A DNA stretch of 62,480 bases, the filler included, from Hausera hauseri (lineage: Eukaryota), in NCBI GenBank assembly GCA_046269625.1. It is 10 parts of 10 records of this genome, joined end to end, with 100 filler letters (N's around TTAATTAATTAA, not from the genome) between each part and the next. Parts side by side here need not be neighbours in the genome. Positions count along the whole stretch, not along the records: positions 47,623 to 57,634 come from JBJURY010254402.1; positions 57,735 to 62,480 come from JBJURY010451912.1; 8 more parts are not named here. One strand, given 5' to 3'. The position numbers and the translations under genes were made by a program. The notes beneath the pieces are model-generated. The model worked only from the letters and a program-made list of their open reading frames with translations. It was not told the DNA's origin and made no database searches. This document shows positions 49,780 to 62,000 of the stretch, one piece after another (the first letter of the stretch is position 1; every line of letters starts with the position of its first letter).

Positions 49780-50330
49780 GTATTCGAGATGCGTCGATTC
49801 AAAGCAAGCATATGCAAGACTGGCGTCGACATTTTCAACTTTCATCGGACACCACTCGGAATTGTATTCAACTTTGATGATCTAGCCGACTTTCAATCGC
49901 AATACTGGTCGTTCGGGATAACTGTCCAGATATCCTTTGGCAAACTCCTGGGATTCGGCATTCATGCTTTCCCAATTGTCGAGATTTTGCTGAAACACGA
50001 GGTAGACTTTGTCTTGGAAAGAGTACTGCACATAACCGTCAACGAAGAACACCAGGTACCGATAACTATCACGACTGTTTGGTGGTTCAGCAACGTTACC
50101 GTGAAAGTAAACAACGTTGCCGCTATCATCAGCATATATTGACACAACTCGAGTTCTGACTGGATAGCTTTTGCCAAAGGTCAACGCACTTTTACCAGCA
50201 GCCACTTGATATCGAGTCATGTTTGTCAAAATATGACAAACTAGGGAGTCAAATTTTTTAATATTCATTTCCAAAGCATTTAACTCAATGTGGAATTGAT
50301 AGAATCCACTGTTATTAATATCCTGCATAA
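49780..50330 (-). pseudogene. SETDB1: SETDB1/eggless tandem-Tudor fragment
   Basis: TRVVSIY..YFHGNVAEPPN..RYLVFFVDGYVQY..YLDSYPERPVLRLKVG..KVENVDASL. Confidence 0.85.
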
Positions 50331-50929
50331 TTCATTCGTCAATATCATACTTTTGAATAATTACATCGCATATATCATTTTGTTTACTTTCAAAATCCTG
50401 ACTGCGAAGTCCTTTCAAACTATCTCCATAGTTGATGGAAATAAATTTATCCAAATTACTTGAAAATTCGGAATTAGCAAAAGCTTGCTTTGCCCATTCA
50501 GAAAGTTATTCCTATCAAACAAACTCTTCGGATCAAACAATTCCGTGTTTGAAGACATATTAATCGTCTTAACGTTAGATAAAAAGAATCTGCAAATAGT
50601 ATAACAAAAAGAAAAGTCCATTTTGGATTTCGGCACTAAAGATTTATTATTGTCCAACAAAATTTCAAAACTCTTCGTACAATAAAACAAAAATTGAGTT
50701 TCAAGAAAGAAAAAAAACGAACAAAAAATAGTACATTTATATATGCACATGTACAACAAGCGTCCACAATGCATGCACACCGACTGCCACGTGTGTTGCC
50801 CTGCCACTTTATCGTGCAAAATGCAAAAGCATAGACATGAAGTGTCGGTTTTACACGTGATTAGAACAAGTTCTGCCCGAGGAACCACTGCTGTTCAGAA
50901 ATCCGAGATCCGTCTAGTTCTTCATATAG

Positions 50930-51076
50930 CACTTTTCAGCACCCCACGACCACCAAACAAAACCCGGGGAAAAGGGAGGCGTTCGGTCCCGGACATGCGC
51001 GCCGCCCGGGGAACAACAAGCCCCCGATCAGGTCTGGCCAGGTGGCAAACCATGTGGGCACCACATCATCCCCGAG
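50930..51076 (-). repeat. PPT-like CTCGGGGATGA followed by LTR start TGTGGTGCCCACA (51065)
   Basis: It lies downstream of copy E integrase in the canonical PPT/TG arrangement. The LTR end was not located. Confidence 0.65.
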
Positions 51077-54000
51077 GCTGAGTTGAAGTACTGTAAAGCA
51101 CGACAAAAGGAGAAGCAGAAGCGCGAAAGGGTGAAGGTATATTTAAAAGTGGACTGTTTCAAGGCATTCAGTTCCTTGTTAGTATTTTACTCTGCAATAT
51201 ATGTTGAATCCTACTGTTTTGCTTGCTCGTATACGTAGTTTGTTTGTTGGCAGCTGATTTTGTGTAAAACCGATGTTGGTTCTTGGATTGTGTTGGGTGA
51301 AGGTAGAAGTGAAGAAGTAAAATGTGTCAAAGGATGATGGGACGATGGATTAGAGGTATTAGAGTTTGAGAGCGGCGAAAGTTGCGAAGTGGAATTGAGA
51401 GGAGTAGAAGATGGTGTGTTACGAAGAAGGAAGAAAGAGGGCGCCGGAGATGACGAAGGTGTGGAAGGAGAAAGAGGTAGAGAGAGGGGACGCTGGAGAG
51501 GGGCAAGACGGAAGAGAGTAAGAAGATGAAGAAGGTAAAGGAGAGGAGTTGGAAGGTGACATGCAAGAGGTTGGAATGATGAAAGGCGTAAATGGAGAGA
51601 TTGGTGAAGTAGAAGTGGTGATTGGCGGAGAAAGTCTCGTAGGTTAGGAATGCAGGTTGTCACCAGTGGATGAAGAAGGTGTTAAGAGGCTTGAAAGTGC
51701 AGAATCGGATAGGGAAAAAGGGGATGAACTGTCAGAAAAATATGAAGTAGAAGGATTGAGAGAAAACGTAGGGGTAAGTGGATTAAATGAGTGAACAGAA
51801 ATAGGGGGTGAATTTTTGGATTGCTGCGCGTCGTGTAAAGATGTTGGTGGAGAAATGGTCTCGATGGGGGACGTATCGTCAACGAAGAAGGCCAGCTTAG
51901 CGTTGTTGATGTGGACTGGCACTTTGTCGTCCTTGAAGATGATGATGTTGTGGGAGTGTGATTCTTTAGCCATACAAACTTAGCAGTATACAAATCGTCG
52001 GGTATGGTGGGCTTATTTCCGTGTAACAGTCTACAAAATTAGTCTTTGCTGATCGCAACAAAGTGTCTCTGGACCGCTTGTATGATTTCGTATGCAGGAA
52101 TATTACCCAGCTCAGCCAGCTCGAATAATGGTCTGATAGAAGTACCAAATAATGCTTCTGCAAGTGAACAGCCTGTAGAAATATATGGTATGTTCCGCCA
52201 GCCAAGCAGAACGTTCGGAAGGAGTGTGGTCCAACTGCGATTGGACTCAGCAAGGATTTTAAGAGACGTTTTCATCGTTTGTTGGGAGCGTTCGAGAAGG
52301 CCATTCGATAGAGGATGATAGGGTGAGGTGTGTCTATGGTTAATTCCGAATAGATTGACAAGAGCTTTAAACAAGTTGGATTCAAACTGTGGGCTTTGGT
52401 CCGAGATGATGTGGCGAGGTGATCCAAACCTGCTGATCCAAGTGTGGATGAAAACGTCTGCGATTGTTTGTGTTGGGGCTCCGAAGCCGGACAGCCTCTG
52501 GCCATCGCGGGGCACGGTCCATCATAGTGAGGATGAACTGATGGCAGTTGTCCATGGGTAGTGGGCCTACAAGTCAATGTGAACCGATTCAAAGTGAGAC
52601 GTGCAGGGAAAATGATATAATGGTGGCTTTAAATGCTTAGTAACTTTGTATGTTAGCATGACACACACTGCCTAATCCATGCCTGCACGTCAGAGCGCAT
52701 CGACGGCCATACTACTTGGTGTTGTAAGAGTCGAAAGGTGTCCTTTGACCGGGATGATGCAACGAATGGATGTTGTTGAATTCTTCTTTCTGAAGCGATT
52801 CGTAAAAGTTTGGAGGTCTCAAAGGCCACACCGTCGATGGTTTTGCACGATTTAAAAGATTTAAGGATGTCAGGAGGTGGCTAGTTTTGTTGAAGTTTGG
52901 ATAGAGGAAAAATTGGTGTGAAATCAATCGACCTGACCGATCGGGACAAAAAGTCAGCTACCAAATTGTCGACTCCGTTTAAGTGCTTAATTTCAAAATT
53001 ATGTGGACAAATACGATATTTGCCTCTCCTGACGTGGAGAAGGCTATTCCATGGTAAGAATTTGAAGCAAAGGCTTGTGGTCCGTTTGTATTGTAAAGGT
53101 TCGTGCGGTTAGCAGATGCTTAAAGTGTTTTACGGCAAGGACCATTGCAAGAAACTCTCGGTCAAAGGTGGAATATCTTTGCTCTTGTGCCGTAAATTTT
53201 CGATAAAAGAATTCTAATGGCTCATGGGATCCATTTTTGACTTGATAGAGAACAGCACCTGCAGCTGTTATGGATGCATCCGTAGTTAAGAAGAGTTCTG
53301 CATGGGAGTCGGAATAGGCCAGGATTTCCACGGTTTGTAGGTTATCTTTGAGGTGATCGAAAGCGTTGACTAGTTTGGCGGTCCACTGAATAGGCTGTTT
53401 TTTCCTGCCAGAGCTTAGTGATGCAAATGGAGCGGTTAGAGTGGAGCAGTGTGGAACATACTTATGAATAAAGTGCAAGGTTCCGAGGAAAGAACGCATC
53501 TCTGTGGATGTGCGTGGTTGTTGTATGGTTTTGACCTGTGTGATGCGGTCTGGCTGAAGTGAATGTCCTGAGGAGCTAATAACGTGTCCTAGGAAGTTGA
53601 CCTTATGTTGAAAAAGGAGCATTTGGCGAAATTAATTAGCAAATTGTTTTGGTGCAAGCGCTGGAAGATTAGACGTAAGTGTTCGGAGTGCTGTTTCGAG
53701 GAAGATGATGCAATTAGTATATCATCAATATAGAGATAAGCAAAGTCTAAACCTGAGAGAATTGTATCAATATACCTATGGAAGGTCTGAGAAGCGCTAC
53801 GGAGTCCAAAAGGCATGCAAAAGTATTCGAAAGGGCCGAAAGGTGAAATGACAGCCATTTTCGGAATGTCTGCTGGGGCCAACGGAATTTGGTGGTATGC
53901 TTTGTGTAAATCAATGCAGGAAAAATGGTCGAGCCATAAAGCCTGTGAAGGATATCGTTGATTAATGGTAGAGGGTAGGCATCCATTGTTGTTATGATGT

Positions 54001-56410
54001 TGAGTTGGCGGTAATTACCGCATGGGCGAAAGGTACTATCTTTTTTGGAACCTCATGCAGTGGTAAAGACCACGGAGATTTGGATCTTCTGATTATTCCT
54101 GATCTTTCCAGTTTGAGAAACTCAGCTTCTACTGCCTGTCTGCGACGAGGCGATAGCGGGCGGACCTTTTGACATATTGGTCTTTGATGTGCTGTTACTA
54201 TGTGATGGAAGGTGGATTGAGGTGTTACGAATAATTTGTCCTTTTGCAATTGATGCGTGCAGAAAGATGAGATATATTGCTGTAAGTCAGAGGGCAACGA
54301 TGAAAAAATTATCAGGCGGTGTCGATGCATCGTAACTGGATGCAGTTGACGTATGAGTTGTAGACAAGGTGTTGTGACAAGGTGGTATTTGGTGCAGGAT
54401 GTTTGTGTTGAACATGGTGTTGGCAGCTGTAGTATCAGTAATAGGTACTACGCAGTTGGCAATATTGTATTTGTTGCCGTAATAAAAATTTCTGTATAAT
54501 GAATGATTTTAAAAATAATTTAAATCAGAAGTCGTTTTCTTTAGTATTGACTTGCTGGAAACGATCACCCGAGTGGTTACCGAAATGCTGCTAATTTGAT
54601 TAAAATTATTTCCGCTCTTAAAGGAACATCGTTTGCAGTCTACAAGTAAATTATAGTGTGACAAAAAGTCTGAACCCAATATAGGTGTGCGTACATTGGC
54701 TACTGTAAATTTCCAGGTGAATGTGTTTGGAAAATTTGGAAGAGTAAAGGTTAATTTAGTAACACCAAAAGTTTGTAAAGGTTCACCGGACGCAGTGAAC
54801 AGTTGCTTTTTTGAAGTGAAATCGTTTTGAGTGTGCTGTGTTGGTGGTAGCAAAGATATTGCTGCGCCGGTGTCTATGACAAAGTTAATGTTTTGCTTTG
54901 TAGGAGTGACGACTGCCGCTTCCAACGTGAATGCAGCAAAAGAAATGTGTCGGCTATCGTTTTGTAGGTTGTTGCCTTTGCTAGAACTTACCGTGTGTCC
55001 TAGCTGCAAAATCAGTTTTTTGTAGCTAATGAGTTTGGCCTACCATTTTGTGTGGGTTTAAGTGTTGATTTTATTGTGCATGTTGTAGTTACAGTCAGGT
55101 AAGCATTTTTGTGCTTTTGTTCCAAATTTTGAGTAATAGATGCAAACGATGTTGCTTGTATTAAAATCGGGGAAGTAAAATTTACAACCAATGCAGCATT
55201 TCTGAGCATTATTGTCGAATTTGTTATGGTAGTAGCAAATAGACGATCGCGCGGGCGAAGGCGACCGTCTTTATCGTTGACTAAATACATTAGGGGAAGA
55301 AGCCCTAGAAAAATCCCCTCGAGGCAGCGTTAATTCATTTAATTTCTCGTTTATGTTATTAATTGTTTTATGCAACATTTCGCAATTTGTTGATGCAGCA
55401 CTGCATTTTGTTGTTGTTGGTTTGTTGTTAATGTCGCAGAGACAGTGGGTATTGTGTATGAGTGCAATACTTCATAGGCTTTGTCCGCCAGCTTGGCTAG
55501 CTTTTCCAGCGCCGTGGAGTCCTCAACCACAGTTAGCAAAGCTATTATTTGAAGGGGCAATGCATTTAAAAAGTAACGACGCAGAAGTTCTGGACTAAGC
55601 TCAGATGTTACGCAAAGGGTATTGATGTAAGACAAAGATGTGCGCAAGAATTCAGAAGGCTTCTGAAGGCCCATGGCGTTGTCGCTGAAGAACCCTTTGA
55701 ATGATAGAGTCGATTGATGGCTCAGTGAGCTTAAAAACAGCATTAAAAGTTGAGCATATGGATTGGCGTGCTGAAGGATGTCAATGATGTTTGATTTTTG
55801 CTTTGATGGAAGCAGGTAAATGAAAAAATAGGCTGTTGGCTTTAGATAAGGGGTTGACAAAGTTTTGTGATTGGAGCCAGAATTGATAAAGTTTCAACCA
55901 TGTTTGAGTGGAGTTTTGGCTATCCACGAAATATTCTGTGCAGGGTGAATGAGTGGAGAGTGTGTCCTGTGTCGGGGTGTTTGAAGCACTTTGTTTGGGT
56001 AAGTGATAGAAATCGGTGGTTTGGTGGGTTTGTTCGTGGTATCAATAGTGGGTGATAAATTCATGCCACCACGGACGCGGAAGTGTATGTAAAGACAGAT
56101 GTTAGATGACGAAGATTGCAGAGTTCCAACGAGAGGTACCGTGAAGCCGTCATGTGCGAGATAAAAGTCAGGTGAGCGAAGGAAAGTGGAGATGAAGTTA
56201 TAGATTGCCGTAGTGTTCAAATGTGTTACTGCATTTGTGCCAATATGTCTATTGTTTAGGAAAAGGAATGAGATAAAAAGAGGTCGTGTGGCCGGGGGCG
56301 TGTCGTGGGGCGGTAACGAACGGTGCCGTCTGACCCAATGGTACAGGATGTGCGGCCGAGGCTTCAGTCTCGCCGTGACGAGCCTCAAACTGCGGGGTAG
56401 CCGAGGTCCC
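51066..56410 (-). mobile_element. CsRN1-like Gypsy copy E, complete internal region (Ubl-gag, frameshift, PR, RT YIDD, RH, IN, Ser/Pro tail)
   Basis: YIHFRVRGGMN (GG at 56065-56070), FVIDTGAAIS, AYLYIDDILIAS, TDAS, TSPYHPLSNGLLER. Many frameshifts. Confidence 0.95.
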
Positions 56411-56419
56411 CGCTTTTTT

Positions 56420-57175
56420 CGCTGTTTTTTGGAGGACTTTAACACGTTCAAAACCATCTTTTGATAGGTATGCAGCTATGAATTTGGGTAGAATAAACTT
56501 GGCATTAACATATTGGACATTATGACGATGGCTGAAATAACTGTCTCCCTTTAATTCGACCTGCAGATAGCCGCATTAGAATATTTCAGTGGGCCCTCTG
56601 CAGAATGATTAAAGACACTGATGTAGAAATGACTCGGATTGTCAAAAATATAACATGCTAAATTTGCTGTACCCCTTATTCGGAAGGACAGGTTTGTCAA
56701 CTTCCAGTTGAAAAATGTGACGTCGAGGACATGGTGGTAAAATACATTCATTATGACCTCTTATTCGCAGACATATTTTATTTACACCCTTTGACTTTTC
56801 TTTTGCAAGTAAAGTCGACTGCTTTGTCATTTAACCAATCTGGTCTCTTACAGTCACATCGAGTTAGAACCAAACTTAAATAATAAGTATTCTTAGAACT
56901 TAAGTCATTCGGATTCAGATAGATGTAGGAATGACAAAGATATGTCTCTTTAGTTTTGGGTTTAAAATGCTGGTAAGAATGGGAATTTGGAAAATCTGTC
57001 TCTCAGGAAATTTAATGGTCGATAGAATGTTTCTTCTGTAACATCGACGTGAAGCAATGTATGCGCATTATACATCGATATCGCAATTTGTCCAAGAGCT
57101 TCATCCGAAATTAAAAGACCGGGCAATTTAGCGCATCCCTCATATTGATTTCAGTCCTTCTCAACACCTACTTCA
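56420..57175 (-). pseudogene. TDRD12: TDRD12-like fragment, second copy
   Basis: KEKSKGVNKICLRIRGHNECILPPCPRRHIFQLEVDKPVLPNKGYSKF..DNPSHFYISV. Collinear nucleotide similarity to 5290-6000. Confidence 0.65.
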
Positions 57176-57183
57176 GGAGCGCT

Positions 57184-57412
57184 GTGGGCCTCGAGCATTA
57201 TCTTTAACTCATACAATACATTATGACTGAAATATCTTCGCATGTTCGTGATTTGTTGTAATTAGTAGGAAGGAGCACATTGGGCCAACCAACTCCCCCT
57301 TCCAGGGAAGGAGAAAACATGTAGTTCGGGATGAGTCATGAGGTAGAAAAATGATACACACATACACGGGTAAGAGGGAGGAGATGGGAGACAGTCACAG
57401 TGGGCACACACA
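57184..57412 (-). repeat. Putative 5' terminal segment of copy E (TGTGTGTGCCCAC...GGCCCACA)
   Basis: It starts with a variant of the terminal motif and ends in CCACA. The interior does not match the 3' LTR at 51065. Confidence 0.4.
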
Positions 57413-57806
57413 AGCAGGCGTACTGTATGGTTTTTAGGTAGGCATAAACATTTGAATTCCGCGCGAAAATTTTATTTTTGCTTTAATTTTGGTGATCGGT
57501 TAAAAATATAGATCTTGAAAATCAGATGAATGTAAAATGTCTCAGGCAATTGACTCAAAAACATTGTCTACTTTCAAAATGCGAATGACTGCTGCTTCAG
57601 TATTGATACAGTTGAAAGAAGAAGAAATTCACAGNNNNNNNNNNNNNNNNNNNNNNNNNNNNNNNNNNNNNNNNNNNNTTAATTAATTAANNNNNNNNNN
57701 NNNNNNNNNNNNNNNNNNNNNNNNNNNNNNNNNNCATACAATATTGATTATCGATCCTGGGGGGGGGGGTTGACGCAGTGCGCTCCTTTCCCCCTACTAG
57801 TATGAA

Positions 57807-58148
57807 ATGCATTTTTTGCAAAGATCAGTACTGATTTCATTAAATGATCCAGTGTCTCTATGCGCACCCAAGTACAGCTACGGTGTAAAACGGCTTTCGG
57901 GCGAAAATTTGGATAAACTTTCTAATGCTCTACATCAATTAAATGTGGATTTAAAGTTGAACAAAACGATCGTGCAACAGCAATCTGTCGTTTTACCGGC
58001 TCAGAAAACGAAATTATTTGATTTTATCGGTTGTGAAATGTCTCATGTACCCGATGATGATGGTTTAAAGCCGATATATATAGAATATAGAATTGCAAGG
58101 ATACAAGGAAAAAGCCGGTATCAAAAGCCCGATTTGGTGTGTAGTTAA
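57807..58148 (+). CDS. Unknown 113-aa Polinton-associated ORF
   Basis: Open ATG-to-stop ORF in tandem with the next accessory gene. Confidence 0.4.
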   Translation: MHFLQRSVLISLNDPVSLCAPKYSYGVKRLSGENLDKLSNALHQLNVDLKLNKTIVQQQSVVLPAQKTKLFDFIGCEMSHVPDDDGLKPIYIEYRIARIQGKSRYQKPDLVCS

Positions 58149-58280
58149 AGCACATTTTAATTATCAATAAATTTTGTTTTACCGTTCTTCTTCTTTTATC
58201 AACCCAATTAAGGAGTATAGATAGATATCTTTGACATAAATAGAGATGCAATTTTATTTAACATTTGTCTTTTTTAAAAT

Positions 58281-58774
58281 ATGTCTTTGGAAAACAATTC
58301 AGCAGGTGGCAGTCTCTCAAAAAAGCCATGGTACACGGAATATTCTCTCAGAAATACCCGATTGTATAATGATACAATTTACATTACCTGCGCAACGCTA
58401 TTCAATTGCCATTGACGCAAACGGTCAAAATCAAACCGAGGAAATATGGTCAATTTGTGAAAAAGATCAGCGACGATGATTTGGATACGATGGAAGACAC
58501 AAGTAGAAAAGTTAACAGTGATTTGGCATTGAGTAACGATATCCGAGATACATCGTCGATTTTTCTCAAAGAAAATATGGCAAAAATTGTCAGTTCACAT
58601 GGCGGAGAAACAGCAGCAGCAGCAGCAGTTTTGTATCAGTTTTTGTCAGGAGCTAAAGGCTACCTGACACTGAAGCTCAAAGGATTCAAGGAAATGAGCG
58701 GCGTCAAATCCCAAATTATGGAAAATGGAGAAGTTTACTATGATTTAACTGACTTAGTTTGTGTGTTTTTGTGA
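58281..58774 (+). pseudogene. Accessory gene (SSB-like candidate), homolog of 15940-16374
   Basis: DTME....KV.SDL.LSNDIRDTSSIFLK...AKGYLTLKLKGFKE is shared between the two copies. Confidence 0.45.
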
Positions 58775-59019
58775 TTTTAGTTTTCCCCCAATCAATAAAT
58801 AAATGTATTTGTGTTACATATTTTGTTTTCTCGTACAAATATGTTGTTTTACTTAATAATAATAAATTAAGTAAGTAACTGAAAGCAAAACACAAAAGAT
58901 ACTGATCAAAGTACATTATTAACATTGAAATAAAACAATGCACAAAAGATAATTGTCATAATATCGAGACCAGATTGAATTGCCTATATCTGATCTGATC
59001 TGACATCAATGAACAGGAT

Positions 59020-62000
59020 TTATTTCAACATCAAATATCCATACGCCCAACTCTCATTTCCCTCCACCCGCTTTCGCTTATCATCGTTACACGACAAAGA
59101 GACTTTCGCACTAGTTATTGTATGCAGCTGGTGCTCAATTGATTGGATGATCGTTTGAGACGAAACTGTCACTGATTGTCCTCCTCCTTCTGCTGCTGCT
59201 TCATATATACAGCGATAGTCACCGTGGCCGATTTCCGTCTGTCTCAGATGGCCTCCTTTTGCTCGCATTTTCGGTCCCCAGTCCGTCAGAAAACTGCAGC
59301 ACTTTGGGTGTAGGAATATCCATTCCCGGTATTGGACACGACTTTCACTTTCATCCTTGAAGCAGTCGATTTTATTGGTGATCGCGCTGCTGTACAACGG
59401 ATAATCCGGTGAGTAGTTAGACGTGTTCAGTAATCCATTTGAGTGCATTTGCTGAAGTAGCTGTTCGCGATTGGCATTTTTCAGCCGCAGAAAAAAAAAC
59501 GGTCTGTGTCACCGGCAATTATGTCAATATTGTAGCCGTCAAACATTTTCCGGTGACGTGCCAAGTCGCGATACTTCAGCTCATACATACTCAACTTGCT
59601 CAGGTCGAATACCACTTGCACGATGTAACTTAGCCGATACAGAACGACTTCTTTCCTGTTTAACAGCACCGCAACCAATCCATCAGCAATGTGCATTGAC
59701 CGCCGAAACTGTGCCTTGCAGGGATATGTAACCAGCCGCTTTTCCGAGTTTCATAAACGCGCACTGAGCCACTTTTTCAGATTCTCCACTGTCTTTTCGT
59801 GCAGGGAATTGTTTTTTAGCTTGTAATAGTCCTTTTTGAACTTTGTACAAGCTGCGGCTCGTTTCTCCAAATTTCCATCTATGTACGCCTTGAATATGGG
59901 ACCTGAGCAAATCGGATTGCACGACGTAGCTGTGTGACGCGTACACCGAGCTACATGTAGAACTGTAACAGACGCCAATGACCACGTAATTCAGCTTCGG
60001 TTAATGCGTCATGAGCAGTTTCTTCACTTTTGAGTCTGGTGGACATTGGTTAAATGGTGTGACCGTTAAATCGTCAAAAACGTCATACAGTTCATTTGGT
60101 ATCTCGAGGTCGACCTCCATCAGGTATCCTACTGAGCCTGTCATGTCTGCTTGTGATAGGTTGACCATTATATCGTCCAGATCTTGTATGTCGACTACCC
60201 ATTTAAATGAACTGTACGGCAAGGGTTGTCAAAGCGCCCTACCGTACAGGTCATTAATATTACTATACAGCAGTGATGTGGTATCGGTAGCACGGATTTG
60301 ATGCTTGTTGACAAATTTCATGTCGCCGCGAATACCAACATTAAACAACCGGTACATTTTCGGGTTTTGCAGCAGCTCAATGTCTCGATCCAGTGATATT
60401 AGAGCTGACGCCAAACTCATTCCCGGTATGGAATAAAATTTGAGTGGCTCCAACCTATCTTCTGCCAGCGCTTTGGTCCAAAATGCTTCGAATACGTCGG
60501 CTAATAAGTACACGCCCAGTTTAAGATACTGCAGCATGTAATCCAACATGTTTCTACAGCCCAGTTCCGTCCTAGATTCTTGTGCTCTCTGACATTCATC
60601 TTCTGCGATATTTGTCCGTCGCGGCGATAATTCCTCTGCTGTCAAGAGGCACTAATATGATAATGCAAAGTCATATGGAAATATGATTTTTCTGCGTGAA
60701 ATATGTGCAGGGAACTGCGTCAGTGCTATCGGCACATCTGGCAAGGCATTTCCAGCTTTTCCAATGATTTAATGAGAAATTTTAATGAATCAAGGAAGCG
60801 TACCTGGAATCGGTTTACGCGTGCTGACAACGATAAGTATTTCTCCATTGTCGTTGGGATTATGAACAATTTCCAGTGCGGAAAGCCGTTAGTGTCCAAT
60901 TTGAGAATATTGTAACAGTCATAACCTCGGAAATTATAAAAGATCACCGGCAGGAATTGTCGCACTCGCCTTGCCAAATTTCATGAATTGCATACTGCTC
61001 CCAAGTATCGGCCGGTGAAATGATTGTGACCCAGTACGAGCCGTTCCTGTGCATCAAACTGTATTATTTTGTGGTACAGATAGCATTCATCGGTGACAGC
61101 GAAAAGCAACGGTTGATATTCGTCGGCCCAAATCAGTGGCTTATTGCAATTGTTGCGACACCACGTCGTGATTTCCGTTTCCACTATGGTCTCCAACTGC
61201 TGCAGGAAATCACCTACACAGTTTTAACCATGGAAAACGTAATACTGTACTTGTCCGGCGGATTTCATTGGTACTAGCAACATACCGACGGCAACTGGAA
61301 CGTGCTTTTGATCGCATACATTGTGCCGTAGTAGAGTTTCTTCGATACAGGCATACACCACATATGTCGGACTGTCCGTTTTAGATCAATCACTGAATCT
61401 GAGCTACTTTTTGACGGGCACAACGTACATTGTTGTCCCTGATGCGTTTTGCCTGCATAGCCTGACATGCTTTTTCCACGTTGTTTCCGATCTGAATTCA
61501 TGCAGGCTTAGGACACCATTTGCATTGTATTCGCTTTTTGATGAACTGGTCATGCTCCATGTTCAACAGTCTATCCAGATTTGTCACTGCCACGTAATGA
61601 AATTTTTCGGCCTGCTTTAACAGCAACAAATTTACCCAGCCTCCATTCGGGTTCCGACTGAGATAAATTATCTTTACATGGAGGTTCTTATAAATTTCTT
61701 CGTCTTTTGGTATTTCAGCTATTGTGTTGTACCGGAAAACGTTAATTGACAGCGTCGAATTACGCCGTTCAAAAGCCGGAATGGATTTCAGTTTTATTGG
61801 CATCCAGCATTCATCAAATTACAATTCGGAAAAATACTGCCGATACTGATTTTGACGATTTGCATGATATCTGTTCACTTCGCTGTACTTCAATACAACC
61901 AGAATACTTTACAGAAAACAGTATTATTCGTCATCGTCAGTATTTTGTACATTCATTACCTCCAGATACTGCTTTAGATGAATGACCGTCCAGACAAATA

